Of a DNA stretch of 64,000 nt, positions 34,801-43,040 are shown piece after piece. A model generated the notes under the pieces. The model had not been told where the DNA came from. It was given only the letters and a program-made list of their open reading frames with translations, and searched no databases. Every line of letters starts with the position of its first letter. Positions within the stretch are counted from its first letter, which is position 1. The DNA comes from an uncultured Kiritimatiellota bacterium (GTDB lineage: Bacteria; Verrucomicrobiota; Kiritimatiellia; RFP12; UBA1067). The DNA is taken from NCBI GenBank assembly GCA_934643865.1, contig CAKUCX010000014.1, forward strand, positions 2,538 to 66,537. The letters are read 5' to 3'. The translations under genes and the position numbers were made by a program.

Positions 34801-36147
34801 CTTCTCCTGGACCGTGCCCGGCACCTTCATCCAGCGGTAGGCGCCGGGTTCGTCGGCGAGGTGCATCCACTGGCAGTCGCCGCCGTCGAGGTGCCCGAGC
34901 ATGTAGTCGCAGGGCGCCTCGCTCGAAACGAAGCCGTCCCGCCCGCAGAGGGCGCGTGCCGCGTCGAACATCCGCGCGTTCGCGCGCATGTTTCCGAGGA
35001 GGGAATGGACGCGCCCCGCCCGGTCGCGGCACGTTCCCGCGAAATTCGCGCCCGAGCCCGTCACGTCGATGAACACCGTTCCGGGACGGAAGCCGTCCGC
35101 ATGCATCTGCTCCTGCTGGTAGATGATCGACGCCACCCCCTCCTGCGGCAGCAGCCGGTAGCTCTGCTCCTTGTGGGGCGGGTTGAGCCAGGCCTTGACG
35201 GGCTCCAGGGCGCCGGTTTGGGGATTGGGCTGATGGCAGATCTTGTCCCAGGAGAACCAGGGCGAATCGGGATAGCAGTCGATCACGTTCAGGTGGACGC
35301 CGAACGCCCAGCCGCGCACGCGCGCCACGGCCTCGGCGGCCTTCAGCTCCGCCGCCGTGCCGAACGTCGGCGCGGGCGGGTAGACCTCGGGCAGATGGCG
35401 GTCGAAGCCGTGGCGCTGCCAGCAGTGCGCGTAGAAGAGGAGATCGTCCTTCAGGCCGTAGTCGTCGGCCGCGCGGCGGATCAGCTCGCCGAACTCCCGG
35501 AACGTCCCGTTCCAGCTGTCCACGCAGAAGCGCCCCGCCTTCCGCGCGAAGCCCGCCGGGGCGGGAACCGTGACGTGCCGACGGTAGCGGAGCGCACAGT
35601 CGAACGCCCCCGCCGTGCCCACGACGAACGTCAGCGTCGTCGGCTGCGCGACGCGGAAGCCGAAGGCCCCCTTCTCGGGCGCGTGGTAGAGGCTTTCGGG
35701 CGGCGCCTCGGTGGCGACGACGAGGGCGAGGCCGTTCGGGAACTCGAAGCCCGCGAAGCGGCAGGCGTTCTGGTGGCCGTTGAACGGCAGCGCGAACGCG
35801 CCGGGATCCTTCACGTAGTAGCCGTAGCCGAAGTAGAGCGCGGACGGCTTCTCGGAGCAGCGCCCGAACGCGATCCGCCCGAAATCGCGTTCGTCCCCGG
35901 CGATCTCCGCGACAAACGCATCCCCTTCGGCCCGGAACGAGACGGCCGGCACGGCGCCGGACGCGGAGGCCGTCCGCTCGAACGGCGCGAAGGAGAGCGT
36001 CTTCCCGCCCGCCGAGAACGCGAAGCCCCCCTTTCCGTCCAGCGCGACCGTTCCGTTGCCGCCCGCCAGGGAGAAGGCCGGCGCAGCATCCGCCTGCACG
36101 CCCAGCGACAGAGCCGCCACGGCGAGTGTACCAAGAAACTTCCGCAT
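31867..36147 (-). CDS. Giant secreted two-module enzyme: N-terminal TIM-like glycosidase-type module fused to a C-terminal right-handed beta-helix module
   Basis: The signal peptide is MRKFLGTLAVAALSLGVQADA. The N-terminal ~800 aa are homologous to 1..2530. The C-terminal ~620 aa are homologous to 5569..7596. Confidence 0.85.
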   Translation of the reverse strand: MRKFLGTLAVAALSLGVQADAAPAFSLAGGNGTVALDGKGGFAFSAGGKTLSFAPFERTASASGAVPAVSFRAEGDAFVAEIAGDERDFGRIAFGRCSEKPSALYFGYGYYVKDPGAFALPFNGHQNACRFAGFEFPNGLALVVATEAPPESLYHAPEKGAFGFRVAQPTTLTFVVGTAGAFDCALRYRRHVTVPAPAGFARKAGRFCVDSWNGTFREFGELIRRAADDYGLKDDLLFYAHCWQRHGFDRHLPEVYPPAPTFGTAAELKAAEAVARVRGWAFGVHLNVIDCYPDSPWFSWDKICHQPNPQTGALEPVKAWLNPPHKEQSYRLLPQEGVASIIYQQEQMHADGFRPGTVFIDVTGSGANFAGTCRDRAGRVHSLLGNMRANARMFDAARALCGRDGFVSSEAPCDYMLGHLDGGDCQWMHLADEPGAYRWMKVPGTVQEKTPWFPLVYHDRMALHGVGYSARFEGARGADCHGIDSDDYLSCEILNGHALMADCYNRDAYKAEAGLLEPLDVDRCLRQVVRKYWLAQHIARELGTATVSRVSFAGGDPRRLHVSWSTGMEVFVNRGVADWACETGDEALGAVPLAQYGFVAFNARTGRYAAIRRRGGRVVEESAYPEGKKVVRYVNPRGDDTARNRLPVAPETAYHGDGRVTTTWRLLAGQTLPTNRFAVTYWLLDPLFREYSPKEAAILVKRVETTLAAPLETAFACPPGVKGPRVLHVAVSPAGADAADADARLRLLGTSAFYNRYRQGTFAADGSYAPYACPDTNLWERLFPPSAPVDFGWVKTAEAFRLVSEPGRPDRKTLLPSGLPAAVPVATGCPEVVVERPRATGGRTLKAVDFGLSTASTTNAAAIARALAACRRVKASRLELAPGTYRCFDEPGIVIRDFTDFTFDGKGAVLVFRRPAEYRCQPQSELILDKGNVLVQRCTRTEVGNFTMDWDWEADPLAAFVRVVGRHEDAARPERAFVDLAFVDYERHPKYPEPVPVQKITAMDESRTRFRRGMGLSFGQTEGHFGAKNAWVKPNVLRLWPGIPMEGRNQNPATGFRFSAKGNLARVRLFETNGLYRLQHCYYGKNGLNLDANAHLTVRDVAVWSCFGMGMVVDGAQHHWRVENFRVEPPTEAAFRAAYPGARFFSRPVSSVSDGHHVARSKGDCLYVNCRWSLNNDDTSNFHDRFTIAVRAADRVLDIVNRRGADYFRAAPGTTLELRFPNFAPVGEAGFRAKLLRVAGNRLHLDRDIPPQKGPCFLVWDRAYGTDRVTMKDCVFEDGGWRNIFSPSDLTLDGCIFRRTASVPVRFIADYRSDLWCEGMGATNLVVRNCLFEDTCVSNPKDPCISAVCVTPTDWDVGEVDKGFVAGGLLVEGCRFVNPGGYVLDLPCGRNVVWRNNVVELGPRAKDNPDRAGKLNVSAAENVLVQ

Positions 36148-36224
36148 CGTCGTCGTCCTTTCAAGCGGCCCGATGGAGCGCGCATCACCGCCACCCGCGT
36201 TTCAACCATGCGCCCGCAGGCGCG

Positions 36225-36233
36225 AGTATACCA
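36225..36233 (-). promoter_or_regulatory. Extended -10 box TGGTATACT (internal promoter for 31867..36147)
   Basis: The minus strand reads TATGGTATACT between the kinase stop (36259) and the ATG at 36147. The 77-nt leader has an AAAGGA SD. Confidence 0.45.
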
Positions 36234-36258
36234 TATTTGGCGCCGGCGCAGATCCGCG

Positions 36259-37743
36259 CTACGGCCGCTCCATCGCCCACGCGCCCAGATGGCCGGCGAG
36301 CGAACGGAACCGGGCGTAGAGGGCCTCGTACACGGCGTGCGCGGCAGGGTCGGGCCGCGCTTCGTCCGAGATCGACGCGACGCGCTCAACGACGTCGAAG
36401 TCGGGCCAGAGGCCGCAGCCGACGCCCGCCACCGCCGCCGCCCCCAAGGCGGCGGCCTGCTGGCCGATCGACGCGCGCACGACGCGCAGGCCGTAGACGT
36501 CCGCGTAGATCTGCCGCCAGAGCGGCGCCTTCGCGCCGCCCCCCACGAGCATGAGCGGCTCGGCCACCGGCACGAGGCCGCGCAGCGCGTCAAGCGCCTG
36601 CCGGAGGCCGAAGGCGACGCCCTCCATCGCCGCGCGCGCCATGTCGCCCCGCGTATGGCGGAGGTCGAGGTTCGCGAAGGCGCCCCGCATCGCGGGCGTC
36701 ACGTCGAGGGAGCTGCCGCCCGCCAGCGTCGGATTGAAGAAGAGGCCGTGCGCGCCGACGCCCGCCGACGCGGCCGCGGCGTCCATCTCGGCGTAGCCGA
36801 GCCCCAGGATGTCCCGCAGCCACGTATGGCTCGTGCCGGCGGAGAAGATCGCGAGCGCGCTCGCATACTGGTTCGGCACGACATGGTCGAACACATAGGG
36901 CCGTACCGCGTCGTCGACGACGGGCGTCGCGCTCGAAACGGCGATCCAACTCGACGATCCGAGCGAACTGTAGGCGCGGCCCTCCCGGTAGGCGCCCGCG
37001 CCGAGCGCCATGCAGCTGTTGTCCACGCCGCCGGCGACGACCTGCACGGAGGTCGGGAGGCCGAGTTCCGCCGCCGCCGCGTCCGTCAAGGTGCCCAGCA
37101 CCTGCGTCGACGGGACGATGCGCGGGAAGAGCGACGGCGCAAGTCCGCTCGCCGCCACCAGGTCGGGGGCGTAGGCCCGCCGCCGCAAGTCGTAGACGCC
37201 CGACCCCGAGGCGTAGGAGCGGTCCGTCGCCTTCACGCCCGTGAGGCGGTAGTTCACGTAGTCCTTCGTGCCCAGGGCGACGTCGACGCGCGCGAACCAT
37301 TCGGGCTCGTGCGCCCGGAACCACATCAGCTTGAAGACGCCGTAGTGCCCCGGCGGGAAGCCGCATCCCGTGCGGCGGTACCAGGCCGCCTCCTCGACGC
37401 GGGCGAAGAACGCGCGCGCCTCTGCGTCCGCGCGGGCATCGCTCCAGATCGGCACGCGCGCGCGGAGGAGGCGCCCCGCCGCGTCCAGCGGCACGACGCC
37501 AAGCGAATGGCCCGAAATGCCGATCGCGCGGATGGACGCGCGCTGCGCGGGCGAAACGCCCGCCAGCAAGGCGCGCGTCGACGCGACCGTCGCCCGCCAC
37601 CAGTCCTCCGGCGCCTGCTCGCGGAAGCCCGACGCCGGGCAGAAGGTTTCGTAGGCGTCGAAGCCCGACGCGACCGCGCGCCCGTCCGCGCCGAACAGCG
37701 ACGCCTTGATGCCGCCCGTGCCAAAGTCGTAGGCGAGGATCAT
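36259..37743 (-). CDS. FGGY-family carbohydrate kinase (xylulokinase/rhamnulokinase-like)
   Basis: MILAYDFGTGGIKASLF is the N-terminal actin-fold phosphate-1 motif, and LMLVGGGAKAPLWRQI lies in the C-terminal domain. The protein is 494 aa. Its ATG overlaps the deoC stop (ATGA). Confidence 0.88.
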   Translation of the reverse strand: MILAYDFGTGGIKASLFGADGRAVASGFDAYETFCPASGFREQAPEDWWRATVASTRALLAGVSPAQRASIRAIGISGHSLGVVPLDAAGRLLRARVPIWSDARADAEARAFFARVEEAAWYRRTGCGFPPGHYGVFKLMWFRAHEPEWFARVDVALGTKDYVNYRLTGVKATDRSYASGSGVYDLRRRAYAPDLVAASGLAPSLFPRIVPSTQVLGTLTDAAAAELGLPTSVQVVAGGVDNSCMALGAGAYREGRAYSSLGSSSWIAVSSATPVVDDAVRPYVFDHVVPNQYASALAIFSAGTSHTWLRDILGLGYAEMDAAAASAGVGAHGLFFNPTLAGGSSLDVTPAMRGAFANLDLRHTRGDMARAAMEGVAFGLRQALDALRGLVPVAEPLMLVGGGAKAPLWRQIYADVYGLRVVRASIGQQAAALGAAAVAGVGCGLWPDFDVVERVASISDEARPDPAAHAVYEALYARFRSLAGHLGAWAMERP

Positions 37744-38402
37744 GCGCGCTCCAGAATCGCCCGCGCCGTCCCGACGCCGATGCCGAACCGGCGCGCGCCG
37801 GCCGCGTACAGGGCGAGAAGCACCTCAAGCGTGCGCACGCCGCCCGCCGCCTTGACGCCGCAGCGCGCCCCCACGGCGCGCTTCATGAGCGCGCAGCGCG
37901 CCACGCTTGCCCCCGTCGGCGCCCAGCCCGTCCCCGTCTTCACCCAGCTCGCCCCCGCCTCGGCGCTCCAGCGCGCGCCGCGCGCGATCTCCTCGTCCGT
38001 CAGCCAGTGGCATTCGAGAATCACCTTGACGGGCCGCCCGCCCGCCGCCGCGACGACGGCGGCGACGTCGTCCTTGTAGGCCGTCTCGTCGCCGGCCTTG
38101 AGCCAGGCGATGTTGTTGACCATGTCCACCTCGTCGCATCCGAGGTCGACGAGTTCCTTCGCCGTCGCGGCCTTGATGCGGGTCGTCTCCGCGCCGCCGG
38201 GGAAGCCGCTCACCGAAGCGAGCTTCACGCCCGTGCCGGTGCCCAGGCGCGCGCGCATGTAGGGGACGTGCGCGGGGAGGCAGAAGACGGCCGCCGCGCC
38301 GAATTCCCGCGCAAGCGCGCAGGCGGCGTCGATGTCGCCGCGCGTCGACTGCGCCTGCACGGCGCTGACGTCCATCATCTTTGCGATGTCCGCAGCCGTC
38401 AT
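37740..38402 (-). CDS. deoC: Deoxyribose-phosphate aldolase family (class I) aldolase
   Basis: The start is MTAADIAKMMDVSAV. Motifs are GFPGGAETT, DEVDMVNNI, KVILECHWLTDEEI, the WVKTGTGW Schiff-base Lys region and GVKAAGGVRT. The ATG at 38402 overlaps the upstream stop (ATGA). The track ORF extension to 38798 is not coding. Confidence 0.85.
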   Translation of the reverse strand: MTAADIAKMMDVSAVQAQSTRGDIDAACALAREFGAAAVFCLPAHVPYMRARLGTGTGVKLASVSGFPGGAETTRIKAATAKELVDLGCDEVDMVNNIAWLKAGDETAYKDDVAAVVAAAGGRPVKVILECHWLTDEEIARGARWSAEAGASWVKTGTGWAPTGASVARCALMKRAVGARCGVKAAGGVRTLEVLLALYAAGARRFGIGVGTARAILERA

Positions 38403-39550
38403 CGGAGCGCCCCCCTCAGGATCTCGGCGAGCATCTCCTCCGTGACCGGAGGGTGCGAGGCGAGCACGCCCGCCGCGTTGAAGCTCACCGCCTTCACGCC
38501 CGCGACGATGCCGGGGATGTCCGCCTCCGTCACGCCCTTCTCGGCGAGCGTCGTCGGCACGCCGCTTCGGGCGATGAACGCCTTGAAGTCGGCAATCGGC
38601 ATGACCTCCCGCTCGAAGCGTTCGTAGGGCGCGGGCCGGAGGCGTTTGAAGTAGGCCATCCAGGCCGGCATCACGATGCCGAGCGACGAGCCGTGGTTGA
38701 TGCCGTGGCGGGACGTGAGCACGTGGCCGACCTGGTGCATCGGCGTCCAGGCGTCGCCCGGCGAGGCCCAGCCGTTGAGGCCGCACGTCGCCGCCCACAT
38801 CAGCTCCGCGCGCGCGTCGGCGTCCGTCGGATTTGCGAGGGCGAGCGGCAGATTCTTCATGATCGTCTTGACGACGCCCAACTGGAATTCATGCAGGAGG
38901 TCGCTCTTCGCCTGGCCGTTCACGAAGATTTCGAGGACGTGGCTGATCGCGTCGATCGCCCCGCAGGCCGTCTGGAAGGGCGGCAGCGTGTAGGTCAGCT
39001 CGGGGTCGAGGATCGCCGTCTTCGCGAAGAGGCAGTCCGCCCAGATGTAGCTCTTCTGCCTCCGGGCCGCCGAGCTCACGACGGCGCACATGTTCATCTC
39101 GCTGCCCGTCGCCGGCAGGGTCGGGACGAGGAGAAGCGGAAGCGCCGCCTCGGGCGGCCGCGCCGTCACGTGGGCGTGGCTGGCGTACACCATGTTCCAG
39201 AGGTCGCCGTGCGTGTAGAGGACGCCCGCCGCGACAGCCTTCGCGGCATCCATCGCGCTGCCCCCGCCCACGCCGACGATCAGGTCGGCCCCGAACGTCT
39301 TCGCCGCCTCCACGCCGCGCGCGACCATCTCGATGGGCGGATTCGGCGTCACCTCAAGGAACTCCCGCGCGGTCACGCCGGCCGCCGCCAGGAGCGTCCG
39401 GATCCTCGCCAGCGTCCCGGCGACGCTCCCGTCGCCATAGCTGACGACAAGCGCCCGCTTCCCAAGTTTCCGCGCTTCCGCGCCCGCCTCGGCAAGCGTT
39501 CCCGCGCCGAAGATCACCCGCACCGGGTTGTGGTAGGTAAAGCCGTTCAT
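38399..39550 (-). CDS. Iron-containing alcohol dehydrogenase / aldehyde reductase (YqhD/FucO family)
   Basis: MNGFTYHNPVRVIFGAGTL is a YqhD-like start, with GVGGGSAMDAAKA and the His-rich metal region AISHVLE...HQVGHVL. The protein is 383 aa. Confidence 0.88.
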   Translation of the reverse strand: MNGFTYHNPVRVIFGAGTLAEAGAEARKLGKRALVVSYGDGSVAGTLARIRTLLAAAGVTAREFLEVTPNPPIEMVARGVEAAKTFGADLIVGVGGGSAMDAAKAVAAGVLYTHGDLWNMVYASHAHVTARPPEAALPLLLVPTLPATGSEMNMCAVVSSAARRQKSYIWADCLFAKTAILDPELTYTLPPFQTACGAIDAISHVLEIFVNGQAKSDLLHEFQLGVVKTIMKNLPLALANPTDADARAELMWAATCGLNGWASPGDAWTPMHQVGHVLTSRHGINHGSSLGIVMPAWMAYFKRLRPAPYERFEREVMPIADFKAFIARSGVPTTLAEKGVTEADIPGIVAGVKAVSFNAAGVLASHPPVTEEMLAEILRGALR

Positions 39551-39589
39551 CCTCGTCCCCTCTTTCCGTTCTGTTTCCCGTCCGGCCGT

Positions 39590-42500
39590 TCACGGACGGC
39601 CGCCGCCGGCGCGGATCGCCTCGTAGGACCGGCGCTCCTCGGCGCGGCGGCCCTCGTAGCGCGCCTCGCGCTCCAGGTCCTTCGCGCAGGGCGTGAAGTC
39701 CTCCTCCACGTCGCCGCGCGGCGTCGCGCGGAGGCGTTCGCCGCCGAGGCGGATGAGCGCGCGCGCCGCCTCGCGCGCGGCCGCGTCCTTCGCCCCCGCG
39801 AGGATGCGCGAGCAGTCCGGGCGGTCGAAGTCCAGCTGCTCGCGCTGGCGTTGGGCGTGCGTGCAGGCGACGGACGCGCCGCAGAGCTTCTCCAGGCGCG
39901 CGAGCTCCGCGAAGGTGAGCGGCATGCGCCCGCCGGGGTTGTCGGGGTAGGCGCTCTCGTAGCGCGGATAGTACGGCGCGTTGAGGTCCATCCAGGTGAT
40001 GAGGCGGTCGCGCTCGTCGTCCGTCAGCGCCACGCCCGCGTGGCCGTAGAGCTTCTTCGTGAGCTTCGAGGCATGCGCGCCCCACGAGTAGGCGGGCTGG
40101 ATCTCGGCGGGGCCGCCGCCGACGCACTTCACAACGCCCAGCGCCCAGAGGTCGACGTAGCTCGTCGCGAAGTACGCGCCCCGGTCGCCGCTGAGGTTCA
40201 GCTTCTCCCCCGCCTTCTTCCCGTAGTCGTGGCAGGCGACGCATTTCGCCGTGAAGACGGGCTGGACCTCCCGCTGGAACGAGTAGAGGTGCGGCGGCGT
40301 CCCCTTCTCCAGTCCGCGCAGGTTGTAGGAGCCGTCCAGCTTCGACGGCGCGCGCGCCAGGGCGGCGGGCTTCGCCGAGACGGGCGCCGCCTCGCCCACG
40401 CGGTTCTCGTGGCATCCCACGCAGCCGTAGGTCTCGCCCGGCTGCACATAGGCGCCGCTGCGCATGGACTGCACCATCTTCCCCTCGGCATCGAGAGCCT
40501 GGAAGTAGACGTAGGTGTTGCCGGGCACCTCGAAGGAGGCGCTGCCGTCCGCCTCCACGGGCACAGTCCCGAGGATGCGCTTGTTCTCGAAGCTGTGCCA
40601 GTTCATGGCGGGGGCCATCTCGCCGTGGCCGAACCAGCCGCGCGGCCGCGTCCAGTTCCGCTTCTCGGGCGACTCGACGATGCGCAGGGCCTTCACCGTG
40701 CCGGGCGCGACGCCCTTCATGTGCGTGCCCACGTAGACGTTCTGGACGTAGAAGCGGCCCGGCGCGTGCGGGGCGTCGAACGTGCGCGCCGTGCTGCGCA
40801 CGACGGGGCGCTTCGACGCGCGCAGGACGGTCGGCGCGTGGCAGCCGGGGCCGTCCCGGTGGAAGACGACCTCGTTGCCGTGCAGGTCGAGGTAGACGAG
40901 CGCCATCTCCGCGCCGCGCCCGATCGTGCGCGAGCAGAGGAAGTGCGCGTCGTCGAGCGGGAAGGCGTCGGCGTACTTGACCGCGAGGGGGCGCGTCGAG
41001 TCGAAGTCCTGCCCGTCCGTGTGGATGCGCGCGCGGAAGTCGGCGGGCCAGGTCCGCAGCACGGCCTCCCGCCCCTCCACACCGCGCGTGCGGTCGAGGA
41101 GGCCGAGCGCGCCCCAGGGCAGGTCGTGGCAGCTCCCGAGCGTCGCGATCACGCGCGAGGGGTCGCGGAGGGGGCGGGCGCTGAAGACGCCGCCGGGGCT
41201 CGTCGTGTTGTTACCCCAGTAGAGCGCATGGCCCGTCCCGTCCGGGTTGCACGTCCAGAGGCCCTGCGCGTCGCCGAAGTTCCGGTCGACATACTCCCAG
41301 CGGTCGTAGAGGAGGCGGCCGTCGGGCAGGACCGTCGTGTGCCCCTCGAAGAGCGTGGACTTCCCGATCTGGTGGATGTTCGTCCCCTCTCCCGTCATGC
41401 GGAAGAGGTTCGCCATGATGTGGCGGTTGCACATGCAGTACTTGGGCTCGCGCGTGGAACTGAAGACGATGTCGCCGTCGGGCAGCCACACGGGGTCGAT
41501 GTCGCTCACGCCCGCGCCGCGCGTGAGCTGCCGGAGGTCCGAACCGTCGGCGTTGACCGTGTAGACGTGGTAGTCGTCCGCCCGCCCCGCGCGCATCGAG
41601 AAGACGATCCGCTTCCCGTCGTAGTCCACTTCGGGGTCGCGCACCGTGCGCCCCTTCTCCTCCGGCACGATCACGCGCACCTTCCCCGTCTTCGCGTCGA
41701 GAGCCTTGAGCGCGCCCTGCGTCGCGTAGCTGCCCTCGTTGATCTCGCCGCGCTGGAAGAGCGTCGCCGTGTTGTGGTGGTCCACCCGCCACATCGCGCG
41801 CGTCGTGTAGACGATCTCGTGCGCGGCGACGAGCGGGTTGTCGCGCACGAGCGCCTGGCGGAGGAAGGCGTCGAAGGCGGCGGGGCGCGCCGCCGCCGCG
41901 CGCAGGCGCGCCAGCGCCTCCAGGTGCGCGGCGGCGGGATAGGCGGGGAACTGCGCGCCGAGTTCGCGGATTGCCTTCTCCGCACGGGCGAACGCCTCCT
42001 CCGGCACGGGGTCGAGGCCCAGCATCTGCGCGGCGACGCCCACAAGGCGGTCCGCTGCGGCCTTCGGCGGACGCCCCTGGAGGAAATGGAGCGGCACGCC
42101 CGTCGACAGCAGGCCCCACGTGTTGCACGGCTTCGTGACCGCCCACGCCACCTTCGTCTCAGGCCCGTTCGCCGTCGCCGCCGCCACGAACGCCGCAAGC
42201 TCCGGGCCGCCCTGCAGCAGCACGAGGTCGAACGCCTCCGCCGCAAGGCGCCTTTTCGCGCGCGGGGCATCCGTCTGCGCGAGCGCGACGCGCCCCTTCA
42301 GGGCCACCGCCAGCGGCGTTCCAAGGTCCGGCTCTCCCGAGGCGCGGACAATCAGGACCCGTGGCGCGTCCGGCGCGGAGGCCGGAAAATCCGTGGGCAG
42401 GGCCTTCTCGCGGTCGGCCTTCCGCGCCGCGAAGTCGGCCGCGCCGACCGTTCCCTCGAAGGCGATGTCGTCCACCGTCACATGCCCCCAGCCTCCGACG

Positions 42501-42961
42501 GCCTCGTCCGTCACGCGGAAAAAGACATCGCGGCCAACGGCATCCGGCACGTTCCACGTGACAATGCGCATCGTCTCGGAATCGGCGCCCGTGGCGGTGG
42601 CGTAGACCCGTCCCGTCGCGCGGTCCACGAGCGAAAGGGAGGCCGCCCGCCCGCCGCCGATCCGAAAGGAAATTGTCGGTGCGGACAACCGGACAAGCGG
42701 ACTCTCGATCCACCCCGTCTGGGCGTCGCTGGGCGTGTCCCGCGCCGTCTCCAAGGTGGAGAGGAAGAAACGTCCCCCCTTCGTGTAGGGCCTGTCCGCG
42801 TTGTGTTCCTTCGCGCGGTCCGTCACCGGCTTCCCGAACGTCCCTTCGACGACCTGCCATCCCTGCAGGTCGCCCGTCTCGAAATCGAACACGCCGGCCA
42901 TCGACGCCACGGCAACGCCACACGCCACGCCGGCCATTTTCAACGCATAAGCTCTCTTCAT
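39590..42961 (-). CDS. Secreted multidomain protein: N-terminal LamG/jelly-roll-like domain, TolB-like beta-propeller region, C-terminal HzsA/PSCyt-like region with two CxxCH motifs
   Basis: ATG at 42961 (MKRAYALKMAGVACGVAVASMAG). FDFETGDLQGWQVVEGTF...VTVDDIAFEG is a jelly-roll-type module. PD40-like strands are YDGKRIVFSM and VNADGSDLRQLT. Heme-c motifs are YGCVGCHEN and FTAKCVACHDYG. The track ORF extension to 43264 runs through repeats and is not coding. Confidence 0.8.
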   Translation of the reverse strand: MKRAYALKMAGVACGVAVASMAGVFDFETGDLQGWQVVEGTFGKPVTDRAKEHNADRPYTKGGRFFLSTLETARDTPSDAQTGWIESPLVRLSAPTISFRIGGGRAASLSLVDRATGRVYATATGADSETMRIVTWNVPDAVGRDVFFRVTDEAVGGWGHVTVDDIAFEGTVGAADFAARKADREKALPTDFPASAPDAPRVLIVRASGEPDLGTPLAVALKGRVALAQTDAPRAKRRLAAEAFDLVLLQGGPELAAFVAAATANGPETKVAWAVTKPCNTWGLLSTGVPLHFLQGRPPKAAADRLVGVAAQMLGLDPVPEEAFARAEKAIRELGAQFPAYPAAAHLEALARLRAAAARPAAFDAFLRQALVRDNPLVAAHEIVYTTRAMWRVDHHNTATLFQRGEINEGSYATQGALKALDAKTGKVRVIVPEEKGRTVRDPEVDYDGKRIVFSMRAGRADDYHVYTVNADGSDLRQLTRGAGVSDIDPVWLPDGDIVFSSTREPKYCMCNRHIMANLFRMTGEGTNIHQIGKSTLFEGHTTVLPDGRLLYDRWEYVDRNFGDAQGLWTCNPDGTGHALYWGNNTTSPGGVFSARPLRDPSRVIATLGSCHDLPWGALGLLDRTRGVEGREAVLRTWPADFRARIHTDGQDFDSTRPLAVKYADAFPLDDAHFLCSRTIGRGAEMALVYLDLHGNEVVFHRDGPGCHAPTVLRASKRPVVRSTARTFDAPHAPGRFYVQNVYVGTHMKGVAPGTVKALRIVESPEKRNWTRPRGWFGHGEMAPAMNWHSFENKRILGTVPVEADGSASFEVPGNTYVYFQALDAEGKMVQSMRSGAYVQPGETYGCVGCHENRVGEAAPVSAKPAALARAPSKLDGSYNLRGLEKGTPPHLYSFQREVQPVFTAKCVACHDYGKKAGEKLNLSGDRGAYFATSYVDLWALGVVKCVGGGPAEIQPAYSWGAHASKLTKKLYGHAGVALTDDERDRLITWMDLNAPYYPRYESAYPDNPGGRMPLTFAELARLEKLCGASVACTHAQRQREQLDFDRPDCSRILAGAKDAAAREAARALIRLGGERLRATPRGDVEEDFTPCAKDLEREARYEGRRAEERRSYEAIRAGGGRP

Positions 42962-43040
42962 GCCATCATCTCCAAAACGCAGGGACTCTTCAGAAGCGTC
43001 CCCCTGCCCGGACACCGCCAGGGCGCGGGCATCCACACAA

